A DNA stretch of 29,412 nt, from assembly GCA_977017575.1 (NCBI GenBank), contig CDRNVI010000068.1, positions 1 to 29,412 of the forward strand. Reading direction: 5' to 3'. The stretch is from Paramoeba atlantica. Taxonomy: Eukaryota > Protista > Discosea. This document shows, one piece after another, positions 19,902 through 29,412 of the stretch. Below the pieces are notes generated by a model that did no database searches, was not told where the DNA came from, and worked only from the letters and a program-made list of their open reading frames with translations. A program made the position numbers and the translations under genes. Every line of letters starts with the position of its first letter. Positions within the stretch are counted from its first letter, which is position 1.

Positions 19902-20070
19902 TATTTGTTTGAGCGCCAGTAATGACGCTCAGAGCTCCCGTGTGCCCCGTCAGAAAAGAAGACATTGACTGATTCGAGCGATCTGACACGTCGTCCAACA
20001 TTAGCTTCTCCAGTGTTTCGGCTGTCACATAGGTATTTTCGTGTTTTAATTGAAACGGTGGAAGCGCGGC

Positions 20071-20563
20071 GCCCAGCTTAATTTAAATATTATCCTGCAA
20101 GAGAAAACGATTTAAATATTAATGTGCAAGCAGGTTAATATTTAAATTCCAGAATATTTTTCAAGGTATGATCCTTTTTTGCGAAACGAGGAGCTGCGGG
20201 TATGATCGCGCGTGATCTCGTTTTGGGTCTCACTTCACTTTGCATGTCATTGTCAAGATCCGAGATTGGACAAGATACACTTTCTTCTGTACTTTCGGAG
20301 CTTCCGGAGTCACTCTCAACACCGTTATCATCTGAAAGGGACTCACATCCCGATTTAATTTCCCAGGTAACGTCCGCGGATGACCGTTCAGTTGAATGTA
20401 TCTTGACACTTTCTTGAAAATGATCTACAAGAAAGGTTTCCGTAGGAAAAAAGCGATTTAAATATTAATCTGCATTTAAATATTAATGTCCAAACAGGTT
20501 AATATTTAAATAAAATTTTAATATTAAAGCGAATTAAAATATTAATCTGCATTTAATATATTT
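20071..20563. repeat. Two clusters of the AT motif ATTTAAATATTAAT, including a duplicated 38-bp hairpin
   Basis: ATTTAAATATTAA-(12 nt)-TTAATATTTAAAT at 20110-20147 and 20474-20511 (2 loop mismatches). Extra half-sites at 20071, 20456, 20516 and 20533. Confidence 0.85.
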
Positions 20564-20579
20564 ATCCGCACTCCGGGTT

Positions 20580-21670
20580 ACATAGGAGAGCCCAAACTCC
20601 CAGGCGCACGCCCACTAACTCCAAGGCGGTAAGTGAGCCAGGAGGGACTCACAGAAGAGCTTTGAGTAGTACACCGCATTAGGGCGGGTACCGACGGCAT
20701 TGCGTACCGCCTGCTTCACCCTCTGGAATAAGCCAAGTTGCAGCGCAGAAACCAATGTGCGTCAGACACTGGTGCAATGCTTCAGAGCATCTTCCCGTGT
20801 CCCCATCGCGGAGCAAAAGGCCGCTTGCATCTCTTTGAGCACGAGGCCCCCTTTGCGATGTTCTTCTCAGTGGGGGGATGAAGGTGGGGTATCTCGGGTG
20901 GTGAGGGCGTCCTTGTAAACATAGATATAAGCGGTCGCGTAGAGCCACAAGAACTGGCTGCGGGACCTCGCGGCTACAGAAATTGCCGCTTTTCAGTGCA
21001 TTCACGGCCCGAAGGATATCTTGTGCTCCGCGTTCTGTGTCCACTTCCTTCCTTTGAGGAAGCTTCTCCCAGCAAAGGTGTCGTAGACATGTACGTCTTT
21101 ATGCATTCAAGTGCGCTAGGAAGGAGTTGTACGAGCTTGTCCCGGAGCGACAATAACCAACTAAGTTCGTTATTTGGTTAGTTGGTTAAATTTTTCAGTG
21201 CATTGAATCCGATATTTGCACGTGGGAAATCACTCGGAGACCTTACTTTCCCATTTTTCCCCATTTCTTTTACTTTTAACCCCCCCATATTGAGTTTGTG
21301 TCCAGCTGCCGGAGAAAGTTGCTTTCACAGAAACGGTACCTTTATCGTTTGAGTGGCTTTCCTACCGTATCTTCCATGTTTGGTATCACTGCGATACTTT
21401 CACCGTTTGGCCGCAGGGAAACAGCAACCTTACTGGTATTAAAAGTCTCAAAAGACCTTTTTTTATTCAGTAACATATGGAAAAATATATTGCAGAAGGA
21501 GATAGTTTTAAAATTACCGAGACGAATCAAGTAACAAAGAAATGCTTCATATTTAAAGAAATACTTCGTATCATCCTTAGGATGATCGCAGTCAAAATAA
21601 GTAGAGTACTTCTTCTTAGAGTCTTGAAAAAAATCCAGAATTAAATCACCCAGAATGGTTTGCAGGTGTT
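20580..21670 (-). pseudogene. Unidentified degraded coding sequence(s)
   Basis: Long stop-poor, protein-like frames without ATG: ~108 codons at 21670-21345 (HLQTILGDLILDFFQDSKKKYSTYFDCDHP...) and QFLWLYATAYIYVYKDAL...LFCESLLAHLPPW at ~20960-20590. Confidence 0.3.
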
Positions 21671-22238
21671 AGGTGACTTATCCTCTCTACTTTTTGAAAA
21701 AGAGGCTAAATCATGGGAGTAACTTTATGAGTTGTCATGGGAGTAACGTTAAAGTACCTGCCTTTGCAGGATTTGAAACTATGTGATACAAGACGATAAG
21801 GTGTAACTGTGAATCTAAATGAGTGGAATCACCGGACCAGGATATACTTTGCCGGCCTTTTCGTCTTGCGTTCCCAACGTGATATGGGGACTTGAAAGTG
21901 GGAGAGAGGAAAGAAAAAAAAACAGTATCAAGACTTTTTTTATATTTTGATCTTTTTTGGATATACGACTTTTGGTGCCTTTGTTCGCATTTATGCTTTA
22001 ATTTTTCAACAGCTGAAGCCCTTAGCATACTTTTTCATTAATCCGCTTCCTCCAGAAATCACTTTTGCACCATTTATTTTATCAATCTTTGTCACACACC
22101 CTCGAAAGAACTCCTGCAACATGGCCGGAACACTACTGTACTGCAGAAATTTAACTACTATCCCAACTTACAACATTACTATTTACTACAACATTAGTAT
22201 TTACTACGAGAAAATTAAATCCACACATACTCTTTCCT

Positions 22239-24977
22239 ATGTCGGCCTTTGGAATTGACTTCGGTAACGCACATTGTCGTGTCGCTGTCACACGTCGCGG
22301 TGGTGTGGATGTTCTACTCAACGAAATCTCCAAGCGTGACAACGCCACCTATGTAAGCTTTAGCCCCACCGAACGTCACATCGGGGAGAAGGGTCTGGAT
22401 CATGCCATTCGAAACGCGAAAAACACCATTCACAATTTAAAAAGGTTTATGGGTATGAAAGGGGACTCCCCCATGCTGGTCTGCGAGCGGCAAAGGGTGT
22501 TGTTCGAAATTGAATCCGCCGAAGATGTAAACGTTTCGTTCGCGGTCTCCTACCAAAATGAGAAACTCAACTTCTCCCCGCCGCAAATTCTTGCCATGAT
22601 GCTCACGCAGCTTCGTGAGATCGTGGAGAAGGATAGCGTGGAGAGTGCACAGGTGATTTCCGGGAACGTTGGCTCGATGTCCGCGACCCAGGCTTCCGAT
22701 TGTGTCGTCAGCTGTCCGGCGTATTACACCATTCCTCAGCGCCGAGCGATTCTACAGTCCTGTACGATTGCCGGGCTGAACTGCATGGGGTTGCTCAATG
22801 AGACCACCGCCGCGGCGTTGGATTATGGTATTTTTAAATCAACGACGTTTCCAGAGGAAACAGTAACCCCGAAAGCCCCCGTGCAGTCAAAAGAGAATGG
22901 CGATGCATCGAAAAAGGAATCAGCTTCGGAATCTCCCGCTCCGTCCTTTCCCACATTAGGCCATCTTGTGTTTTTTGTCGATATTGGGCACAGCGCGACG
23001 ACAATTTCTTTGGTCTCTTTCTGGCGCTCGAAAATGAAAGTGATTCATACGGTCTATGATGTGGATCTCGGTACGCGAGAGATTGACTACCTGTTGCGGG
23101 ACCATTTCGTGCAGGAAATTCGGAACAAGTATAAGTTGGATGTGCTGGAGAGTGCCAAGGCAAAGACTCGATTGCTACATGCATGTGAGAGGCTGAAGAC
23201 CATGCTGTCCGCAAATAGTAGCGCTCCTCTCCACCTGGAGTGTTTACTGAACGATGTGGATGTAAGCTTCTCTGAGAACAAACGAGAACTGCTTGAGAAT
23301 TTGATTGAAGACCCCTTTCTTCAAAAGTTTACCACGTTGTGTGAAAGAGCTTTTCAAGGATTAACCCGCTTGGTAGAATCTTTGGGAGGCGAGGGTCTGC
23401 CCTCATACAGTGTTGAGCTTCTAGGCGGTGGTTCACGTATTCCAATTCTAAAATCGGTCTTGGAGAAGATCTTTAATATTGTTCCGAGCGCCACTCTCAA
23501 TGCCACAGAATCCGTTGCGAAAGGATGTGCCATCTTTGCCGCCATGCAATCTCCGAAATATAAGGTGCGAAATTACGACATTCAGGAGTCACTTCCGTGG
23601 GGGATTCAGATCGGGTACTACAGTGCGGCCATCGGTACTCCTGCAACTCTTCCCCCAAATCTTCTCTCTTCCCGATTTCAAGATATTAACAAAGTTTTAC
23701 TGCTGTTTAAACCTGGGGAAACCTACGCAAAGTCCCTCGACCTAACCTTTGAACGTGATGACAGTTTTCGTCTCTGTTTCGCGTACGAGCCGCAGAGCGC
23801 AGAAGAGATTTCACATCGATTAGGTCCCCATGCGGGTTATCTCGGCGAGGTGACCCTAGGGAAGCCCCCGATTGCGACCTTTCCTGAAAACGCCGAAAAT
23901 ATTTCTAGAACGAACGTCCGGGTTCGATTTCGGTACTCCCTGAAATATGGCACCCTTGAGGTAGACTCCGCGCACAGCTCTTCTAACTATGAGACGGAGG
24001 AAAAAATTATTCCCAAAGAAACAGTAAAAGAAAAAGAGAACGAAAAGAAACCGGAGTCCACAAATTCAGAGACAGCGGAGGACTCCAAACCAGAAGAAAT
24101 GGCAGCAAAACCTGAAGAAGTACCTCCTCCTACGCGAAAGGTTCGTCGAGAGTCCAAGAAATTACCTCTGACGCTGGATGCTCACTATACGACTTCTCTA
24201 AGTCCCGAAGAAGTGCTCAATGCTACCACCGGGGAGAAACGAATGCATGCCAGTGATCAACTCGTACAAGAAACAATCGAAGCTCGAAATACCCTCGAAA
24301 GTTACTTTTATGAAGTCAAACACAAAATCGTGGAGCCTTCCGGGCTGTGGCACGCCTTCACCTCTCCCGAAAACATCCAAAAATTTGAACAAGACTGCGC
24401 TACCAGTGCCTCCTGGCTGGAGTCTGAGCAAGGTGAGGAAGCCAGTAAAAAGGAAATTCTTGCACGACTCACGCCTTTGCAGGAAATCGCGAATGCGGCT
24501 TGCTCACGCTACCGAAATGCCGAGGAGATTCCCTATCGCGTGAGTTGTTTTGAAAAAGAAATGGAACGACTTGCGGCAGAGGTAAGAAAATTAAAGCCCG
24601 AGGCCGCAGGGGGGTGGCACACCGCAGAGGAGCTGGAAAAAGCTCATCAGAGTATTCAGGACGCGAATCAGTGGGTGGTAGAGACGCGAGGGAAGTATGA
24701 GTCCAGTGCTCGTTATCTCACACCCTTCTTTACGCCTGAGATGATGCAGAAGAAAGTGATTGAGGTGGAACAAGGTCTACGTCCGATCTTGAAAAAGGTC
24801 AAGCCACCTCCTCCGAAGCCAGAGACTCCGGAAACGAAGAAAGAGACAGAGAAAACAAACACAGAGAGCAAAGATGACATGCCGGAAGTGACGGAAGGGG
24901 AAGAAGAGACCTGTCAAGCTGAAGGAAACGTGTCCGAATGTGCGAAGACGACACCGAGTGCGATGGATATGGACTGA
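22239..24977 (+). CDS. HSP110: Hsp110/SSE-family Hsp70-like nucleotide exchange factor
   Basis: GIDFG, RRGGVDVLLNE.SKR, LLNETTAAALDYG, FVDIGHS, VELLGGGSRIP, TLNATESVAKGCA and EARNTLESY motifs; acidic C-terminus ending MDMD. Confidence 0.93.
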   Translation: MSAFGIDFGNAHCRVAVTRRGGVDVLLNEISKRDNATYVSFSPTERHIGEKGLDHAIRNAKNTIHNLKRFMGMKGDSPMLVCERQRVLFEIESAEDVNVSFAVSYQNEKLNFSPPQILAMMLTQLREIVEKDSVESAQVISGNVGSMSATQASDCVVSCPAYYTIPQRRAILQSCTIAGLNCMGLLNETTAAALDYGIFKSTTFPEETVTPKAPVQSKENGDASKKESASESPAPSFPTLGHLVFFVDIGHSATTISLVSFWRSKMKVIHTVYDVDLGTREIDYLLRDHFVQEIRNKYKLDVLESAKAKTRLLHACERLKTMLSANSSAPLHLECLLNDVDVSFSENKRELLENLIEDPFLQKFTTLCERAFQGLTRLVESLGGEGLPSYSVELLGGGSRIPILKSVLEKIFNIVPSATLNATESVAKGCAIFAAMQSPKYKVRNYDIQESLPWGIQIGYYSAAIGTPATLPPNLLSSRFQDINKVLLLFKPGETYAKSLDLTFERDDSFRLCFAYEPQSAEEISHRLGPHAGYLGEVTLGKPPIATFPENAENISRTNVRVRFRYSLKYGTLEVDSAHSSSNYETEEKIIPKETVKEKENEKKPESTNSETAEDSKPEEMAAKPEEVPPPTRKVRRESKKLPLTLDAHYTTSLSPEEVLNATTGEKRMHASDQLVQETIEARNTLESYFYEVKHKIVEPSGLWHAFTSPENIQKFEQDCATSASWLESEQGEEASKKEILARLTPLQEIANAACSRYRNAEEIPYRVSCFEKEMERLAAEVRKLKPEAAGGWHTAEELEKAHQSIQDANQWVVETRGKYESSARYLTPFFTPEMMQKKVIEVEQGLRPILKKVKPPPPKPETPETKKETEKTNTESKDDMPEVTEGEEETCQAEGNVSECAKTTPSAMDMD

Positions 24978-25416
24978 TCAAAAGAGAATGACCAACTTTG
25001 ATTTGTGTACTCATATTTCGTTGCTGTTTTTCAGTGGGCGTACAATATAGAACATTGATCAACTCCAAATCACGTGAGATAATTTACGTAAGAAGTGAAT
25101 TCTAATGATTGATGGGACTTATTGTTTACATTCTCTCAAATCTACCACATGAACCATATTATTTTTATCACAGAAGTCTATCACATGCCTCGGATATTAT
25201 GGAACAATTTTTCGGTTTGCTAGATTTCGAGTTAACAAGAAAACCGCATACAAAATGTAACCCCGTGCTTAGGATCTACACTACTAGTGAGATCCGCTTG
25301 ATCTAGACAAACCATTTTTCATAGAAACGTAAACACACGATTATCCCCTGCTTACCTATCCTTCCTATACCTCTTTTTACCCCATCCCTACAAATTACTC
25401 CCCTCTCCACCCCACC

Positions 25417-27161
25417 ATGCCAAACCCAACGCCCCAAGAGCTCAACCCCCCCACTACCCCATCCCAAACCGAAATTTCCACAAATCCACTCCGCAACCCT
25501 CCAAAAATGGATCTTCCCCCCTCTCCCCCACCCTCTTCTTCTTCTGTTTCTGCTTCCGAGGCCGCCAACACCGCCAAGGCCCTCGGCAACCAATGCTACC
25601 ACTCCGGGCACTACCCCGAAGCCCTCACGCACTACTCCCGCGCGATCCAACTCGATCCCACCCACCTAAGCGCCTATCTCAACCGCGCCCTCATGCACTT
25701 AAAGCTGGAGTGTCCCGGGGCCGCGCTCTCCGATGCGGAGGCCGCGCTGGCCTTAGATTACACTTCGGCCAAAGCGCACTACCGAAAAGGCTACGCCCAT
25801 TACCTGCTGGGGCATTACAAGAGCGCGCTGCCGGCGTTTGCCGCGGCGGTTCGTATAGAAACGCAAGAAGAAAATAAGAATAAGGATAATAAGAATAAGG
25901 ATAACCATAATAAGAATAAGGATAATAAGAATAAGGATAACCATAATAAGAATAAGGATAAGACGAATAAGAATAGGAATAGGAATAGGAATAAAGAAGC
26001 CTCGCAGATGTATGACCTCTGCGAAAAGGAACTGGCCCGGGCCAACTTCCTTAAAGCGATTGCGCTCCCCGAGCGTGCCCGCCCCTATGAGGTGGTGCAG
26101 TGGCAGGGGATTGAAATCGGGGAGGGGTCCACGGACTATACCGGTCCCCGATGGGAGCAGGAGGAGCCCATCCCCTCGAAAACGTTCCTCCACCAAATGA
26201 TGGAGGGCTTCTCCCTGGGCCGGTTGCTCCACAAAAGGTACGCGATCCGGATTTTACTCGAGGCCCGGAAACTTTTCGCGGCCTGTGAAAACATTCACCG
26301 GGTGGATCGACCCGTAGGGGAACACATTACGGTCTGCGGGGACATCCACGGGCAGTACTTTGATTTAGCCAACCTTTTTACCCTCAACGGGTTCCCCGAG
26401 GGGGTCTCCAACCCCTACCTGTTTAACGGGGACCTGGTGGATCGCGGGAGCTACGGCGTGGAGTGTCTGCTCACGCTGTGCGCGGTGAAGCTCCACGACC
26501 CGGCCGCGGTGTTCCTTAGCCGCGGCAACCATGAGGGGCTCAACCTCAACAAGGTCTATGGGTTCGAGGGGGAGGCGAAGGCGAAATACGGGGAGGGGTT
26601 CTACGAACTCGCCCACGATGTGTTTCGCGCCCTCCCGCTGGGGCATGTGTTAGGCACGAAAGTGTTTATCACCCACGGGGGGCTGTTCGCCCAGGATGGG
26701 GTCACGGTGGAGGGGTTGAACCAACTCAACCGCTGCCGGGATATCCCCGAGGAGGGGTTGATGTGTGAGATGCTGTGGAGTGACCCGCAGGAGGGGGAGG
26801 GGAGAGCGCCGAATAAACGGGGCGTAGGGGTGGCGTTTGGCCCGGATGTCACCGATGGCTTTTTAAAACACAACGGGTTCAATTTGTTGATTCGTTCCCA
26901 TGAGGTGAAACCGGAGGGGTATGTGGTGGAGCACGGGGGGAAGTGTGTGACGGTGTTCAGTGCGCCGAATTATTGCGACCAACTGGGCAATAAAGGGGCG
27001 TTTATTCGCATGACGCGGGGTGAGAAGAGGAGGGGGGAGAAGACCGGGGCAGAGGAAGGGGAAGAAGAGGAACGGAGTACTGGATTCCCGCGTTTACGAG
27101 CTTTACGCACGTGCCGCATCCGGGGGTTAAAGCGATGCAATATTCTCCGTATATGATATAG
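25417..27161 (+). CDS. PPP5C: Protein phosphatase 5 (3 TPRs + PPP catalytic domain); C-terminus frameshifted relative to the called ORF
   Basis: TPRs (KALGNQCY, YLNRA, KAHYRKG) and GDIHG, GDLVDRG, RGNHE, SAPNY motifs. The conserved tail FTSFTHVPHPGVKAMQY is encoded in a different frame, open 27024-27161. Confidence 0.92.
25873..25995 (+). repeat. In-frame 123-bp AT-rich minisatellite encoding (NKNKD)n/NR in PP5 TPR3
   Basis: AATAAGAATAAGGAT units; a 36-bp higher-order unit occurs twice; 41 codons. Confidence 0.95.
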
Positions 27162-27304
27162 CGTAAGGAAGCAGCGCAGGGTTGGTGCGGTAACGATCAA
27201 ACTAATATTATCGTTCGTACTACTGAACTGGAAACATTTTAGTAAATGGAAGAATGCAGAAACTGAAATGATATTGAAACAATGTCGCAATAGTTTGCAC
27301 CTTT

Positions 27305-28238
27305 ATTGCGGTGGTTGTAAAACTACCGCTCTACACTCGATTATTGAAAAAAAAGTGAACAAAACAGTGAAAATATAAAGAGGAACACAGTAATATAATA
27401 GAAGAAAAAAATATAAAAGGGGGCTCCGGTGGTCAAAACTGAAAAAAAAATTTGAAAAAAATGGGGGGTCCATGGGGGGGGTCCAGGGGGGGGTCCAGGG
27501 GGGGGGTCCAGGGGGGGGGTCCAGGGGGGGGGTCCAGGGGGGGGGGCATGGTCGATCAAATTTTTCGAAAAAATTAGTTTTCGAAAAAAACCGCAGAAAG
27601 GGTAGCCGGGGTCTTGGCGCGCATTTTCCACCCCCTACCCGGGGGTGACCCCCCGCGTATCCGCAGGACGGGTCCGCCAAGTTCGGATTTTTTCGGAAAA
27701 TTTTTTCGAAAAAAATTCAACTTGGCGAAAAAAATGACAAAAAAAATATTTTTCCAAAATCGTTTCCCCTATTGTATTTTGATAGTTTGGGACCTACACT
27801 AGCTTTCTACGCAGTTGTTTTCGCAAGGTATCACTTCTTCGAACTGTGGTGCGCCCCTCAAAATGACCCACTTTTGACTAAAAAAGGTGAAAAAGTATTT
27901 TTCGGACCTAAAGGGGCATTTTTGTGTCGAAAGAATGGTATGGTTGGAGTCGTATTCTCTACCCAATACGTTCGGTAGGCTTTCATTCATGCCTGCGAGT
28001 GATTTCCCACGCGCAAATGTCGGATTTAGTGCTCTGAGAGCAAAAATATGCGAAAATGACCCCATTTGTACCCGAAATTCGGCTATTTTTGGCTATAATC
28101 TTTCCGTTTTCCAGGCTAAATTTTCTTTTTTAGGCTCTTCGTTAAACGCGGCGGTAGTTTTCAACGCGAAGCGCGCAGCATGAGTGACTTCTAAGTTGAA
28201 AGCAACCACCGCGTTTAACGAAGAGCCTAAAAAAGAAA
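27305..28238 (-). mobile_element. ~930-bp non-coding interspersed element, copy 2 (inverted)
   Basis: Reverse complement of 18668-19568. Foldback at 28119-28241; hairpin at 27308-27329; six G-run/TCCA units versus three in copy 1. Confidence 0.85.
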
Positions 28239-28300
28239 ATTATAATTACGATATACCTTTAGATTTGAGATATTCCTTTTATTGCTTCAGTATTCAGCTT

Positions 28301-28999
28301 ATGATTGCGATATTTCGGGGGATCAGCCACCAGGTTCTATCTCGTGATGGCGTATCTCAACTAAGTAAAGTACGGGGAGCGATTTTACCACAGGAATACA
28401 CGCTGTCCCGATTTGTTAGTAGTCTAACGGAGAAGGATGCGTCATGGAGTGATCGAATACCGGCATGCGAAACACGTCGAATGCGATTCCCATAGGCAAA
28501 TAGTTTCTTTAGAATGGAATATATGAACATTCGATTCGACAATGTTCGATTCGATGGGATATTCGATTCATCACGCCCTGACTATCTGTCCTTAGAAGGG
28601 TCACTCTTGTGGGAACGTATCCCCAGACGCTGATTTCATTTCAAGCCTCTTCGCAGCGTTTGATAGGCCCAGTCGCACTTTCTCTATTACCACCTCTGCT
28701 TCGGAGGTTTAATCATTAGTCTCAATGCGTTCAACGGGGAATTGGGCTTGACTCACTTACCCTGTAAGATTGAAGTAATTATCTTGAACGGAAATCAATT
28801 TACGGGGGAAATTGATCTTACATCTCTTCCCGCATCAATACAAATAATAAACCTTGCCCGTAATCAACTGTGCGGAAACCTGGACCTGTCCAAACTCCCT
28901 GCTAACTTAATTCAGCTGGTTCTTTCTGAGAATATGTTTGATATTCCGGCGTTCTGTGCTGAAAATGTCGAGCTGCGGAGTATTCCCCAAATGTTCTAA
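28301..28999 (+). pseudogene. LRR pseudogene, paralog of 3233-4132
   Basis: ATG at 28301. KVRGAILPQEYTL...SW...PACE parallels KVRGARLPQEYEL...SW...PACE. Frameshifts and stops follow, then intact LRRs (LP.KIEVIILNGNQFTGEIDL) to TAA 28999. Confidence 0.8.
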
Positions 29000-29412
29000 A
29001 CAGTACTATGAGGGGGGCCACCGCCAAAGCGGCACTATTCTGCCATATTCTGCCGATGGCAGGGGTTTCGTCCTTTGGAGGCGTACTTTATTTTCGGAAC
29101 CGGCCCCCGCGCCGCGAAGCGTCGCGCTTTTTTTTTGGTCAGAAGCTTTCTTTCCTTTGGCGGTTATATAGCAGTGGTTACTAGCGGCTACTCTGTATAT
29201 AGCGACTACTATTAGTTTTGAATGCATATGTATACATGTACATGTGAGGGGCTGCGGGTGGGGATTCGCTGCGGTCTCGGTGCGGCGTACGCACTTATCT
29301 CAGTGCAAGAACAGAAAGTGTGGAATGGGTGGGGGGTGGGGGCAGGGGCGTAGAAGGCGAAGGCGAGGCTACATGATTGGGTCCATTTTTGGAGAGGAAA
29401 TCTCAATGAAAT

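Noticed and set aside
21711-21747. TCATGGGAGTAAC x2 around TTATGAGTT (MITE core-like)
   Set aside because: Too short to distinguish from chance; no partner TIR.
29212-29412. Minus-strand frame open from the right edge
   Set aside because: Could be the tail of an outside gene, but it is short, low-complexity and unsupported within the window.
1-29412. tRNA, rRNA, CRISPR arrays, telomere repeats, kinetoplast minicircle CSB motifs
   Set aside because: None recognised by eye; tRNAscan-SE and Infernal runs would be needed to exclude divergent RNAs.

Overview
Eukaryotic, intron-poor protist DNA. All intact genes lie on the + strand, as in a kinetoplastid polycistronic unit. The LRR family and the PP5 C-terminus resemble Perkinsela-like kinetoplastids; this is my inference from remembered family features, not a database result. 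Intact or near-intact genes are U2 snRNP A' (665-1441), an LRR protein lacking an ATG (3233/3242-4132), a 304-aa signal-peptide protein (12001-12915), a SMARCAL1-like SNF2 helicase with an N-terminal GRF zinc finger (13524-17606), Hsp110 (22239-24977) and PP5 (25417-27161), whose true C-terminus lies in a different frame. An LRR pseudogene occupies 28301-28999. The stretch ~4300-11550 is a mobile-element graveyard: a decayed VIPER/TATE-like tyrosine-recombinase retroelement, a decayed pogo-like DDE transposase, a tandemly duplicated probable hAT transposase fragment, and a box C/D snoRNA-like unit with a second copy at 11597. The most striking structure is a ~900-bp non-coding element with a 117-nt terminal foldback, asymmetric inverted termini and a variable G-run repeat. 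It occurs twice in inverted orientation and brackets Hsp110 + PP5. A TA-flanked MITE abuts the left copy. All alignments and translations were done by eye; pseudogene family calls rest on motifs only.
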